A stretch of 62,998 nt of DNA, filler included, from Circinaria calcarea (GCA_051942165.1; 48 parts of 48 records of this genome joined end to end with filler, not necessarily neighbours in it); one strand, 5' to 3'. Numbered from the whole stretch's first letter, positions 1-12,048 are shown. Numbers and translations are program-made. Notes: a model not told the origin generated them from the letters alone.

Positions 1-200
1 TTATGGAGGACTGCATCACCATTGGCGGGCAGCACCTGCTGACGCTGAGCATGGACGGGGCGGAGTTGAAGGCGAAGGTGCCGCCGGGCGGTGGCATGGT
101 GCCGGGAAGCGTCGCCTATGTGGAGTGCGTGGTTGAGCATGTTATGCTGTTTCGTGGTGGGAGGCGGATTGGCGAGGTGGCCGTCGCTGCATTGACGTAA
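1..200 (+). CDS. C-terminal fragment of a probable bacterial ABC transporter ATP-binding subunit (TOBE/OB-like domain)
   Basis: GC-rich, intronless; EDCITIGGQHLLTLSMDGAELKAKVPP...VMLFRGGRRI resembles MalK-type C-termini. Confidence 0.5.
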   Translation, partial: MEDCITIGGQHLLTLSMDGAELKAKVPPGGGMVPGSVAYVECVVEHVMLFRGGRRIGEVAVAALT

Positions 201-248
201 TCCTGCCCCTGAACACGCCGCAAACGTATGCGGTAATCTCTGTCAAAA

Positions 249-1225
249 TTACCATTTGGAGATTTTCAACACATCAGAACGTGAGTACACGTTCACCAGC
301 GAGTAACTCTCCAAAGGCTCAGGCCTGTCCGCTAGTATAAATTTTATTGAACATTCCTCTCTACGTTTTGTTTCATAAATTGCAATTTGCAATGATGTGG
401 ACATTATCATACAACCTGTTATCGTGTTTACGGTCAGGCGGCCGTTTTCTGCGTCGATACTTCTAATTAGTAGGTTGGATGGTACGCCTCCGCCAATTCC
501 AATTGATCGAAGAGAGATGGCAGCACATGTTGATGGGCCTAGAAACACGACAGACATAAACAGCAACATTACCAACAGAATGAGTGTTGTTTTCAACTCT
601 CCCACACGACTTGTATTAGGCAACACATGGAAGCACATAATAAATAGCGCCAGTACAAGCAATCTGAAACCTTTAGCTTGGTTTGGCAAAACAAACTTTG
701 TCAATGTAGAGAACACTAATCCAAACCAAAATAAAGATACTACGGATCCAGCAAAGGAGTACACTGAAAATTTCATTGTGACGATGGATTTTCGCAGAAA
801 TCGGCTCTGGCCTCGAACACGTGGAATTCGCGCAAACTTCGCAAAGAATGCCACCGTTGAAATTATCAATCCGAGGATGAAGCTGTATAGCAGGCACAGC
901 AACACCAGCTTTGTATCTGGAGAAAGCTCAACATCTCCAATTACAGAGTTCCAAACAAATGACATATGTTTATTAATGTTTAAAACAAATAATAGTACCC
1001 CATCATAGCAATTGCGTATAAATGGCCACAATTCACCAAGCATCGTTGATAGGTAAGGCTTATAAACTAACACAGGATATATAAATAAGAATAAAATAAA
1101 TGGCAAATACAAAACTAAGTATTCAAAGAGCGAGCGTACCACAAAAGACCAAGTTACCCGCCTGAAGGTATTGGTTATGTCAGAACGTAGATGTGGTAAC
1201 TGCTCTCTTACAAAGTCTCTTTGCA
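249..1225 (-). CDS. Multi-pass membrane protein of unknown function, probably bacterial
   Basis: Intronless AT-rich ORF of at least 297 aa, open to the contig end, with several hydrophobic segments. Confidence 0.6.
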
Positions 1226-1325
1226 NNNNNNNNNNNNNNNNNNNNNNNNNNNNNNNNNNNNNNNNNNNNTTAATTAATTAANNNNNNNNNNNNNNNNNNN
1301 NNNNNNNNNNNNNNNNNNNNNNNNN
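1226..1325. other. Artificial contig spacer N44-TTAATTAATTAA-N44 (first of 47, recurring about every 1.31-1.32 kb)
   Basis: Identical 100-bp linker with stops in all six frames; contig lengths decrease steadily. Confidence 0.99.
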
Positions 1326-1699
1326 GGAATTTGGTGGGGAGGGGGAGGGAGGTTTGGATAGGTTGTAATGAGGAGAGGAATTGATCGAGTAGGGGAGGCT
1401 GGATACGGAAGGAAATAACATTGGTACTGTATTTTTTCGAAATTATAGAGGCTCAATTGAACACCAAGAGATGAACCGTAGCACACCAATCGTCCTGATC
1501 AAGTCATTAATTCGTATGTGATTTTGTTACTATGCCTAATGTTCAACTATATGGAGGCCCCCCACCCCCCATCATTCACATCGTATTAAGTATTAGACCT
1601 CATTGAATGCACTCCCCCTCACTCACATTTCCAATGCAGAAAGCTTACCAATGCAGATGATCCAACCACAATCTTTTCCTGTGAAATTTTTGTACAATC

Positions 1700-2550
1700 T
1701 TAGATCATGACGAGTGCAGCAACGCCAGCAGCCAAGGCAATAAACTCGTTGTTCTTGGCAAGAATACCAGCCGCGTTCGACGGGAAAGGAGTAATAGATT
1801 CGGTAGCAGAGCCAGCAGGAGCGGAACCCGACGCAGAGGTCTGGGTAATCGGGGCTGCCGTGGTGCTCAACGTTGTATTGGCATAAGGAGTCGTGACAAT
1901 GACGGTCGAAGTTGATGCGGCGCTGGATGAATTATAAACGGCCGATGTTGTGCTAACGGATACTGTTGTGATTGGGCTGTTGCTCAATGAAGGAGGGATG
2001 GCGATGGCGCTCGGTGTAGAGGTTGGGGTATCGGTCGAGCTGGTGACTGGGGCTGCTGTGGCCGAGCCGGAGCCCGAGGTCTGTACACAAGGAACGGTAT
2101 TGATATACACCGGTGTGCATTGGCCTCCGATGGATTGATCGTAAAGATTGTTAAAGTCCCCGCTGAGACACTGGTAGAAGATTGCGGATCCGCCGATAGC
2201 GAGAGTGCCATTTGGGCAGTTGGACCAACCGCCAGTGTAGACGGCGCCAGCTTGCGGAGGACCGTCGAACTGAAACTGTCGGTTGGCGACAATGGATCCA
2301 ACGCGTTGTTGTGCGTCCAAAAGTATTCCGTCGTTGAGTGTCAAGACAAGAATGCCTTCTCCTCCACACGCGGTCACACGCTATCCTCCCGTTAGATTCG
2401 TTCGGACCGTCGAAACCGAGACTCGAGGACTAACCTTTGAAAGATCCCGCTTGGACGGTGTCTGAGTGACGTTCACGACGTTGATCTGGAAGTTGCCAGA
2501 GACGGTGGTCTGACAGCCACTTGGAGCGGGCGAGGAGGGTGCGATGCCAG
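1700..2550 (-). CDS. PIR/Cis3-like cell wall mannoprotein, probably GPI-anchored (5' partial; intron 2381-2434)
   Basis: [26 protein letters not shown] and FYQCLSGDF motifs, KR site, Ser/Thr-rich stalk, hydrophobic C-terminus. Confidence 0.85.
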
Positions 2551-3420
2551 NNNNNNNNNNNNNNNNNNNNNNNNNNNNNNNNNNNNNNNNNNNNTTAATT
2601 AATTAANNNNNNNNNNNNNNNNNNNNNNNNNNNNNNNNNNNNNNNNNNNNCCCCCCACCCACCCAAAAAGCTAAAATTGATTCGAGAGTCGAGGGGGGAA
2701 AAGAACCCCCCAAAAGCCCTAGGGAAAATGGAATTGTGAATAGTGAATATTGATAGTAGGGGTTAGGAGAGAAGGTTGGGGGGGGAAATGAAGTAAACCC
2801 CCCGCGTTTAGATCTTTATAACCCCGTTTTAAGGTCCTTATCTTTCTTAAAATCCTTTAAATTTTTAATCCTCTGTAAATCCCAAATAGGGGCATCTATC
2901 TCCCTCCCAAGCAAGGCTTCCAATAGTGCAGCCGGTGCAGTGCGGCTTAATAATGCACGGTGCAGTATGCATTACCAAACCCGTATTATTAATGTAGGGT
3001 ATACTACACTACTAGTGCGTATTAATTTATTAGGTGAGGATTTATAATTGTAAGGGCTCTACCCGAGAACCCCTACGAACCCTACGGGTGAACTATGCAC
3101 CGAGGTCATGAGGTGTTGGCTTAGCGAGAAAGGTTTCCTTCGCGAGGCGTTATACCAGAATTCTTTAGCAATAATTCATACGCTATGCGAACCCATTGAG
3201 CTCATTATCACACAATTTACCGACCCTTATCGTAAGATCATTATACTAGTCGTAAAAGATCCTTACAAATTACGCCCGTAGAAAATTATTTTATATTATT
3301 ATAAATCACATATTAATGCATAAAATCAATTCATTAATATATTATTAAGTTATTAATTTTTTAATACTATGAGTTTGTCAGGCTCTACGGTTAGGGGGTG
3401 GCGATACCTCGTTTAATTGG

Positions 3421-3580
3421 CGTCTTGGCGTATAGTGAAAACCTTTCACTCGCACACTTCTTCTTCTGTAATGATTAGTTCTCGCACATACTGCGTATAG
3501 CCATCGTATTGCTCGTGCCTCACATTACCACATACCTTAGCTTTAGATACTTTTCAAGTAAAGTATTCTACGGCCTTACA
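3421..3580. repeat. Dispersed 160-bp repeat, copy 1, in an AT-rich degraded TE-like contig
   Basis: Reverse-complement match to 60881-61040. Confidence 0.85.
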
Positions 3581-4028
3581 GAGTTCAAGATCTTCGTTTA
3601 GCTGTATTCAAACCTTTGTTCTAATACTATAGCAAGCTGATTAGCTGAAGCATCGAAATATTTATAGCTTAGGTCTTTATAGCCTTATGTACGCACCTGA
3701 TACCTTATGTTTCTATGTATTGGCTCCCGAGATAAGACAACTTCGCCAACGTTGCAAACAGTACTCGGAGACTTTTGCTGAAAAAGCATGTGACCGACTG
3801 AAATAGAAGAGGAGTGCGGTTGCAGCCGGTCTCAGCCTATCCCCTTCGACTGTGGCTGTGGCAGCCTGAACCGTGNNNNNNNNNNNNNNNNNNNNNNNNN
3901 NNNNNNNNNNNNNNNNNNNTTAATTAATTAANNNNNNNNNNNNNNNNNNNNNNNNNNNNNNNNNNNNNNNNNNNNTTATCAGCCCTTATTGTTTTGTTCC
4001 TCCATTGCCCAGCCGCAGAGCCACTTAC

Positions 4029-4289
4029 ATCCAGTGAATGCATCTTGTTCAGGAGTGCCTGCATGATTTGCTATCTCCAGTCTGCCCCGTTTGTTGATGG
4101 CATCTCGGTATAAATAAACATAAGATGCCTTGTCAAACCTGTGGTGCAGCGGCCGCGCAACTGGTTCAGCGAAATAGTAATGAACATCCGCGAATCTGTT
4201 GTGGAACGCTGTTAGTAAACTTCACAATGGTGCAGTGATCTGACCAGCGCTTACAATGTGAGAAGACGTTCTTCGTTTGTATTAGACAT
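4029..4289 (-). CDS. N-terminus of a conserved fungal protein, probably a Ure2-like glutathione S-transferase with an N-terminal extension (intron 4196-4254; next intron starts at 4028)
   Basis: Spliced reading MSNTNEERLLTLFADVHYYFAEPVARPLHHRFDKASYVYLY...LEIANHAGTPEQDAF; GTAAGC donor and TACTAAC branch site. Confidence 0.65.
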
Positions 4290-4792
4290 CTTCGATCAGC
4301 ATGTAGTAAAGATTGCAGTAGAGTCAATTGAGTTTGTGTTGGCGTATTGCTAATAGGACTGTATAGCAAGAGAAGAGAAGTGAGCATGTGTCAGTATCGG
4401 AAGTGACGGTCTACGCTGTAAGGCGCATTGGTTGAGCTGTCTCGAGGTGATTGGCTCTTGTGCATGCATATCTACATAGGGCTGAGTGCTGCCAAGCCTA
4501 AGATTTCAAGACTCCATGCTGGGCTTCATCCCATTTTGCGAATTTTCAGTGAGCCAGTGAACCGCGGAAAATACGTTCCAAGTTGATTGGGTAATGTAGA
4601 CGCTTGGTTAGACTTATTAAACTTCACAAAGCTTACTACATAAAGGTCTACAGGCGCTCTAAACTCACTGGTTCAACATTCCCTATTCATCAATATCTCC
4701 AACAAATCCTCCAAAGCTTGCGCCCTAGGGCGGCTTCACGACTTCCTCCACAAGAACCACCCATCCCTTACGCAACCCTCAGCTCCTTAGAA

Positions 4793-5199
4793 ATGTCGCT
4801 CGTCAATCTTTCTCACGCCTGCTCCCACCTCCAGAACGCCTCCCGCGCCCGCCTAGGCTTAACCTCTCTCCCCCCCTCCACTCTCCTCCTCACGCTCTCC
4901 CTCTCCCTCCAACGGTCCGGCTTTCTCACATCTGTCTCCCTTGGAGGTCCCACACCACCACCTCCGTCGCTTCTCCTCAACACTCCTGGCCACCCCTCCA
5001 CCCAAAAGCCCATCACGCAAGAAAACATCAGCACACGACGATTATGGTTGGGGCTGAAATATTGGAATAACCGGCCGGTCCTGAGTAAGATGAGCATGGT
5101 CTCGAAGCCGACGAGGAGGATATGGATGCGGAGGGAAGACTTGGAGGGTCTGTGTAGAGGAGAGAGAAGGGGGTATGTAAAGGGGCTGAGGGGAGTGGG
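4793..5199 (+). CDS. MRPS8: Mitochondrial ribosomal protein S8 (3' partial)
   Basis: MSLVNLSHACSHLQNASRARLGLTS...RLWLGLKYWNNRPVLSKMSMVSKPTRRI. Confidence 0.92.
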
Positions 5200-5397
5200 N
5201 NNNNNNNNNNNNNNNNNNNNNNNNNNNNNNNNNNNNNNNNNNNTTAATTAATTAANNNNNNNNNNNNNNNNNNNNNNNNNNNNNNNNNNNNNNNNNNNNA
5301 TTCGAGTATCCAATAATAGTTTATAGAGCTTAGTGCCCAGTCGAACTTCTATACTAGAGGCTCAAATGAGAAGGCCTTAGAGTACACGCCATGACAG

Positions 5398-6522
5398 CTA
5401 GAAATCCACTCCATCCATACAGTGTCCACACCACCCGCAGTCCTTATCGCAAAGGCCCCAATTCTGATCATCAATCATGTAACTGGTCCCATATGCAGTC
5501 TCAGACGTGTATTTCGGGTCGTAGACGCTGTAACCGCGAGGGACGCCGGTGGCTGCGAGCCTGGAGCTACTGGTGGAGAAAGTGGTTCTGGATTTGGGGG
5601 GCTTGGAAGTGGTTGGGGTCTGCCTCGAGGGGACAAAGGCTCCGGCGCAAGCCTTGGGAGTTGGATACCTATTATTCTTTCTCTTGGGTGCTGCAGTCTC
5701 GGAGGCTGGTTTGATACGCTTGGCAGAGATGGGAATAGCGATACTGGGGTTTGAGGTGCGAATTGTGCTCTGCATTTTAAGGTTCCTAGTGTGTGGCTTT
5801 CCTTCAAGGTGTGCATCCTTTTGTGACTCGAGCATCTTTCGTGAGCATAAATCACAAAGCCAGTATGATGAAGGGTTGGTGGTGGATGGGAAATGTGCTA
5901 TCTTCTGTTCGGGAGGTATGGCTGAGTTCGTCTCAGCCCTCCTATGAGTCTTGTCTGGCTGATTGTCGATTCTTGGTTTTCTATTCCTACTACTGTTCGG
6001 TTCTCCAGCACTAGGTGTTGACTGGAGCACTGATGGACTTTCGGCCGAGCAAGGCGCGCTGGTATGGATAGAGAGGCTGGAGAGGAGACTGGTTGCTGTA
6101 CTCGGTTCTCTCGGAGGACCGGAGTTAGGTTCCTTGAAACGGATTGATCCTGGTTCGAAAAGCCGTCTCAGGGAAGGACTTCCCAGGGTATAATCTTGGG
6201 TGGGTGTCTTCGCCTGCTGCCTTGACTTCTTTTTTGCCGGTGGTTTACCCCATGGACTCAAGCTTTTCTCCTTGCCCTTGGGATCATATGTTGCACTCTG
6301 TGAGACGCGGGCTCTTTTACCAGTCTCCACCAACACCTTCTCTGCCCACTTCGAAGAGAGTCTGTCCGAATATACAAGCCACAAGCTAGGTAGGACCGCA
6401 ACGTCCTGTGTGCAATAGCTGATGATCGCGGGTGGTATTGGCCGTACATTGAATACCTCGTAGCTTCCACCGTGTTCGGGTGCAAATAACGCAGTTCCGC
6501 TTTGTTTCGTAGCTTTCCATGC
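5398..6522 (-). CDS. 3'-5' exonuclease (EXD1-like) C-terminus, C2H2-type zinc finger and Cys-rich tail (5' partial)
   Basis: Frame open to the contig end: GGSYEVFNVRPIPPAIISYCTQDVAVLPSLW (ExoIII YxxxD); CDLC...HLEGKPH; LCDKDCGWCGHC. Confidence 0.7.
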   Translation of the reverse strand, partial: AWKATKQSGTALFAPEHGGSYEVFNVRPIPPAIISYCTQDVAVLPSLWLVYSDRLSSKWAEKVLVETGKRARVSQSATYDPKGKEKSLSPWGKPPAKKKSRQQAKTPTQDYTLGSPSLRRLFEPGSIRFKEPNSGPPREPSTATSLLSSLSIHTSAPCSAESPSVLQSTPSAGEPNSSRNRKPRIDNQPDKTHRRAETNSAIPPEQKIAHFPSTTNPSSYWLCDLCSRKMLESQKDAHLEGKPHTRNLKMQSTIRTSNPSIAIPISAKRIKPASETAAPKRKNNRYPTPKACAGAFVPSRQTPTTSKPPKSRTTFSTSSSRLAATGVPRGYSVYDPKYTSETAYGTSYMIDDQNWGLCDKDCGWCGHCMDGVDF

Positions 6523-6623
6523 ANNNNNNNNNNNNNNNNNNNNNNNNNNNNNNNNNNNNNNNNNNNNTTAATTAATTAANNNNNNNNNNNNNNNNNNNNN
6601 NNNNNNNNNNNNNNNNNNNNNNN

Positions 6624-6837
6624 CCTTCTTCTCGAAATCGTCTTTCTTATATGCTGCCATCAATCCGAAGAGCGGATCTTCTGGAGCTTGGGGAACTTTG
6701 TCCGAGGTGAAGACGGTTGGATTGGAACCCTCCATATGGCCGGTGATGCTGGCAAGTCTAGTGGTTGGTGTTGCTGTTGTCGGTGGAAGGTTAGGTGGGG
6801 AGGTTGATAATGGGGATGAAGGATGAAGCGGAGACAT
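6624..6837 (-). CDS. AAT2: Aspartate aminotransferase, cytosolic/peroxisomal type, N-terminus
   Basis: VPQAPEDPLFGLMAAYKKD; ATG in ACAAACCATG context. Confidence 0.88.
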
Positions 6838-7946
6838 GGTTTGTGGAGCGAAGCTGCGAGTGGTCGCATATCGGGCGCTCGGGGCATCGACCGGCGAATG
6901 CCATTGTTTATATCTCACCTCGATCTTTCTAGCAGCCGAGGCAAGCTGCTAATCGTCTGTATCATGTGTAGGTATCTATCGTCATTCTTCAATATCTCAG
7001 GCCATCGGACACCTGATCTGACCTTTACGGAGACGGCAGCTAGGGAGCTGACAGCCAAGATCCATCGCTACCGTATCCGCCCCGCTTCTCTAATTGTGGT
7101 AGGTGAGTCTAGCACTCAAAGCATCTACTGTTTTTATATACCTTAACCACAATGGAGAGCTGCAATGGAAGCGGTTGTAGTAATGGCATTGATATCTCGG
7201 GACGAACGTTATTGCCCGCTGGCCGCAATTTAGGTTGCCTGTGGGCGACCCCCAGCCGATGAATATCGCTCAGTACCATAAAGTGCAGATCTGATACTCC
7301 GTACACGATATCCTTCACCTTCTTCCGCTTGCGACTTCTTGAGCGTCAAGGACTAGGAAAGTGCTCGTCCCTATCCCTTCCTTGCTCGCATAAACCACTA
7401 GCTTGCTATCAGTTGGAAATGACATTCTTGCCATGGGTTACGTAGATGTGTTCACACCCTTGGTATAGCAAACCCTGCTCTCCTACCCTTGGAGCCAGCT
7501 GATTGCAGCGTTATATCTGTATCCCATAGTCTCCCAAGCCTCGCTAGTTTGGCTATAATTACAGCGTGAAGCGGTAGGCACTGGGGCCTAGATTAAGTCT
7601 CGAGATATATCTTCCTAGCTAGATGGGTTTGTTTGTCGCTCTGAAATGGCGACCAGGCGGGACTGAGTCAAACTGTGACGGTTGCCGGGATGTTATGAAA
7701 TATGACCAATCAGGTAAGGGGAGAGGTCAACGTCGTGGTCGTCCGAATCTTCCGCACATCTCTTAATGGCCGCATGGTGTGTAGATATCGCAATCATCCG
7801 AATTGGCCATGTGCACTTGTCTTCGTACGATCCGATGACGCCATGTNNNNNNNNNNNNNNNNNNNNNNNNNNNNNNNNNNNNNNNNNNNNTTAATTAATT
7901 AANNNNNNNNNNNNNNNNNNNNNNNNNNNNNNNNNNNNNNNNNNNN

Positions 7947-9169
7947 GATGAGACAAAAGGTACCCCAGATGAAGAAAACCTTGGAGCCGAGGTTGGCATT
8001 GCCGGGCCCCGGATTGACGAGATAGGGTGTGGCGTAAGCAATGGCCCAGTTGAGGAGCCAGTTGGTGGCGGTCGTCATGGAGAGACACTTGGCGCGCGCT
8101 TTCAGCGGGAAAATCTCCCCCGTCACCACCCAGGCCAGAGGGCCCCACGTCGAGGCGAAGAAGAAGATGTAGATACAGACAAAGGCGACGAGAACCTTGT
8201 TCGCGGCCACCCCGGTCGGATCGGCGGTTCCGGTGATGGCGACAATAAACTGGCAGACAAACATACCAACGGCACCCCAGAACAACAAAGGACGTCGACC
8301 CCACTTTTCGACCAGGTAGAGGCCTGGTATAGTCGAGCCGACGTTAACGACATTGGTTGCCACGGTGATGATGAAAGCGTTGCCGATACCAGACGACTTG
8401 AAGAAGGTCGTTCCGTAGTAAAAGATGAAGTTGACCCCGGTCAGCTGTTGAAGTCCCTGAAGGAGACAGCCGGTTGCGAGCCGCTTGCCGATTGAACCCT
8501 TGAAACATTCGATATAAGTCGCCTTGCCCAAGCTGGACTCGTACTCGTGGTTGGCTTGGATCTCGGCGAGTTCCTCGACCAGTGCTGGGTGAGTGGGATC
8601 GAGCCTTCGGAGGCGGGACAGTGCATGCGCTGCCTTCTCAGGCCGGTTCATTTTGATCTGATATCTCGGGGTTTCCGGAAGAATGAGCATTCCCACAATG
8701 AGGATAATGCCCCATAGAAATTGAATGGCAACTGGGATTCGATATGATCCGGTATCGGCACGGTCCTTGGTAGCATTGTCCACGATTGCGGCGAGGAAGA
8801 GACCAATGGTGATTGCCCATTGGTAGCAGCCAACAATAGTGCCTCGAATCTATTTTCAGAGTCAATCGTTCGGCCTGCCCAAAAGACGATTAGGGTCAGC
8901 TCACCCATTTAGGCGCCGTTTCGGACTGGTATAGCGGAACCAAAGCAGAGATCAATCCTACACCAAAGCCAGCGAAGAAACGGCCGGCGACAAACAGCGG
9001 TATTTTGGTAGCTGCGGTCTGCAGCACTACCCCAAACATGAAGACAAAGGTCGAATATACCAATCCCATCCGACGGCCTAGGAGATCCCCCGTCGGCGCT
9101 GCGGTGAGCGAGCCGAAAAAGGTACCGGCGGAGAGGAGGGAGACGATTACGGACGTTTGTGTTGCAGTG
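7947..9169 (-). CDS. MFS sugar porter (high-affinity glucose transporter, SNF3/RCO-3-like), internal fragment; intron 8850-8904
   Basis: YQSETAPKWIRG, PETPR, QQLTGVNFIFYYG, VEKWGRRPLL, WVVTGEIFP. Confidence 0.95.
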
Positions 9170-9269
9170 NNNNNNNNNNNNNNNNNNNNNNNNNNNNNNN
9201 NNNNNNNNNNNNNTTAATTAATTAANNNNNNNNNNNNNNNNNNNNNNNNNNNNNNNNNNNNNNNNNNNN

Positions 9270-9409
9270 ATGCTTATAGACCGTGTTCAATAGACTCCAT
9301 ACTATTGAGCCTAGGGCAACAGATCGACTACACCCTATGTAACCGTGCTATCACCAATCGGGACTTAACATATTCCTCATTAGGCCCCAAGGATTGCAGC
9401 GCCCTTACA
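9270..9409 (+). mobile_element. LTR family A, 3' part (ends GCGCCCTTACA)
   Basis: Matches copies at 23574, 26780, 57491 and the end of the 33961 copy. Confidence 0.85.
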
Positions 9410-11112
9410 TAAAAGTTATAAAAACGACAGAAAGGCAGGCTTAGAAAGAGTTAAAAGAAATTATTAAATAAGAAAAAGAGGAGCAATTGACGCTATAGAA
9501 AGTTAATAAGAAATATTTTAATATTAAGAAAATTAAAAAATAAAAGGTCTAAAGGCCAATGGCTGCTATAATAAAGAAGAAGATTAAAAAAGAGGTTAAA
9601 ATTATATTATATAAAAGACTTATTCATAAGCCTAAGCATTTAGATAATTAATTTATTAATAATTAATTCTTATTCTCATATATTTAATTTATAATATATT
9701 TAATTTTTACAGCGCCAATTGCTCTTGTTGTTTTATAATAATTAATTATTGAAAATTGGGGGGGGGGGAATACTACGGCATTTAACCGGATGCGGCATAG
9801 CTCAGGGATCTCTGGTAAGGCTGACCATGGGCCACCGCCAAATCTCCCCATTTGGTCCTTTTCCAACAGAGAAAATACCCCATTCTAAACTTAACAATGC
9901 AGCGCCTGTAACTAAGAACTACACCATATTTGGGATTCAGAAGGCGAAGGCGAAATTGCAAAGGAAGCAGGCATGCATACCGCCTTATTTCTAGTCCACC
10001 TGAATCACGAGACAAGGGCAGAAGCTCCATCATCTTACATATAAACCCGGGAGCTTTTATCTTGGATTTCTCTTTCGGCCTCACTACCGACATTACCCTC
10101 TCATAAGTAAGCTAAGCAGAACTCAGGGACTATAGATAAACTCACACTCGCACTTTACCCCTATTACGACGCTTATCATGATCTCCAGTCGCGAGATCCT
10201 CCTACGAGCAAAATGGTAAATCGGCGGCTTACCCAAGCACTAATTATTTCCAGCCGGTAGGTGGTAAGACATACTTCACTCAATACTATCATCTAAGATG
10301 GGCAAAGCGTTTTCAATATGGCGCTACCGAATATTAGGATCGATCCTACCTACTTCACGGAAGTCCTGAGTCCTAACTTACGCTCTTTAGAATGTCTAGG
10401 CTTTTGCAAAGTATTCATCGCAATTGGCAGGCTTTTCGAACCCTAAGGTATTCTTGAGTAAACGTGGAGATATCCAACTTGCCCTAAACCACNNNNNNNN
10501 NNNNNNNNNNNNNNNNNNNNNNNNNNNNNNNNNNNNTTAATTAATTAANNNNNNNNNNNNNNNNNNNNNNNNNNNNNNNNNNNNNNNNNNNNGGATAGGA
10601 GGCGGGGGAAGATAATATTTAGGGGGGGTTCAAGCTTCATTTTGGAGCCAATACTGTTTGGAGCTCTCTTTTGAAATTCGAAGAACTGCGCGCGGGTATG
10701 AAAGAAAAGGGGAAGGGAAAGGGAGTGGAAGTATTGTATCGTAGCTGGAATTGGGCAACTGTCAGTGACGGAAAGGGGAGCGGGAGGAGATGCGGGAGAA
10801 GACTGTTGGGGGGGGAGTACATGGAGGTGTTCGGTTCATGGAAACAAGCTTGACATAAAGCGTGGGAACGTGTGAGAAAAAAGGGAGAGGGAGAGGCTGA
10901 TGTCCAGCCGCTATTGACATGTCCATGTTCATGGCAACCAACTCCGTTCGTTCCCTCATGACTCTCCGGTCCCGCTATTCTCCTTCGAAAAGTGGCATCT
11001 TACCGGGAACATGCTTACATGGTCATGAACCGTTCATGTCAGATGGGAGAGTGACCCCTTAGGATAATTAAACTTTCGGAAAGAGATTTTCAATTTCTTA
11101 ATCCATTCTCAT

Positions 11113-11172
11113 CTGAAGGGCAGCTGAAGGGCAGCTGAAGGGCAGCTGAAGGGCAGCTGAAGGGCAGCTGAA
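11113..11172 (+). repeat. Minisatellite (CTGAAGGGCAG) x5.5
   Basis: Perfect 11-bp tandem units read directly. Confidence 0.95.
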
Positions 11173-11916
11173 AGCCTTTACATTTGATCTAGCCTACAAA
11201 TATCCATCGAGTCGTCAGACATCACAGTTGGCATGTTCCAACTGGAAAGTACAATCTGTATATATTTACCTATCGCGGATGAGCAGGGCATGCAATCCAA
11301 TTCATCCTTATCACATCGACTTCATTAGTTCCGTAAGCAGATACAACAGTATGAAAACACCTTGCTGAAAAAAGTCATACAGCCTGAAAATCGTCGGTTC
11401 TGTAGTAGAATCATGCCGAGAATTCTGCAGGATTTTACCTCGCTGGTCTGTTTGCCGTGACGAAATCATTAGTAATCGAAGGGACAACTAGCACCTTCTG
11501 CTTTTATGTATGACATTGTCCTCCAATAAATATTGCCAAAGGAATTCTAAGCAGGAACAGCTTAAGAAGTTGTTCGAGAAAACCATCTAAGTGTAACGAC
11601 ATAATATTCCTGTGTCGGATCTTCGATCACCGGAGGCAAGCCCGTATCCGAGGTGGCAAGATCAGGCAAATTACCACCATAGTACGATGGCGCATTCTGA
11701 GGCGTGTTCCATGGTCCTAAAAGGCCAGTTTGCCGTAATTGCCGCCTTGCTGCTCTACTCGCCCTTGCTGATATGCTTGCTCCTACCTGCTGCTGCCCTC
11801 GTTGCTGCTGAGCCNNNNNNNNNNNNNNNNNNNNNNNNNNNNNNNNNNNNNNNNNNNNTTAATTAATTAANNNNNNNNNNNNNNNNNNNNNNNNNNNNNN
11901 NNNNNNNNNNNNNNGT

Positions 11917-12048
11917 ACGGGGAATGGGGTTGCGGGTAGTGGTGGCGCAAGCATTGATGATTTACTGGGAGTGCCGGCGCCAAGGAAGGGCGGTACAATT
12001 AAGAAGGGAAAGAAGGGAAGGGGTTATGTTGATGTCATGGCCAAGTAA
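11917..12048 (+). CDS. SEC16: COPII coat assembly protein Sec16, extreme C-terminus
   Basis: SIDDLLGVPAPRKGGTIKKGKKGRGYVDVMAK*. Confidence 0.8.
   Translation, partial: TGNGVAGSGGASIDDLLGVPAPRKGGTIKKGKKGRGYVDVMAK

Noticed and set aside
397..1008. 203-aa plus-strand ORF
   Set aside because: Antisense shadow of the membrane-protein ORF, with no motifs
1270..1281. Regularly spaced TTAATTAATTAA as a CRISPR-like or biological repeat
   Set aside because: It is an assembly linker embedded in Ns with stops in all six frames
4604..4792. N-terminal extension of MRPS8 in the ORF track
   Set aside because: Non-ATG start; the conserved protein begins at ATG 4793
9410..10492. Possible retrotransposon internal region after the LTR
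   Set aside because: AT-rich and stop-ridden; no PBS, gag or RT motif recognised
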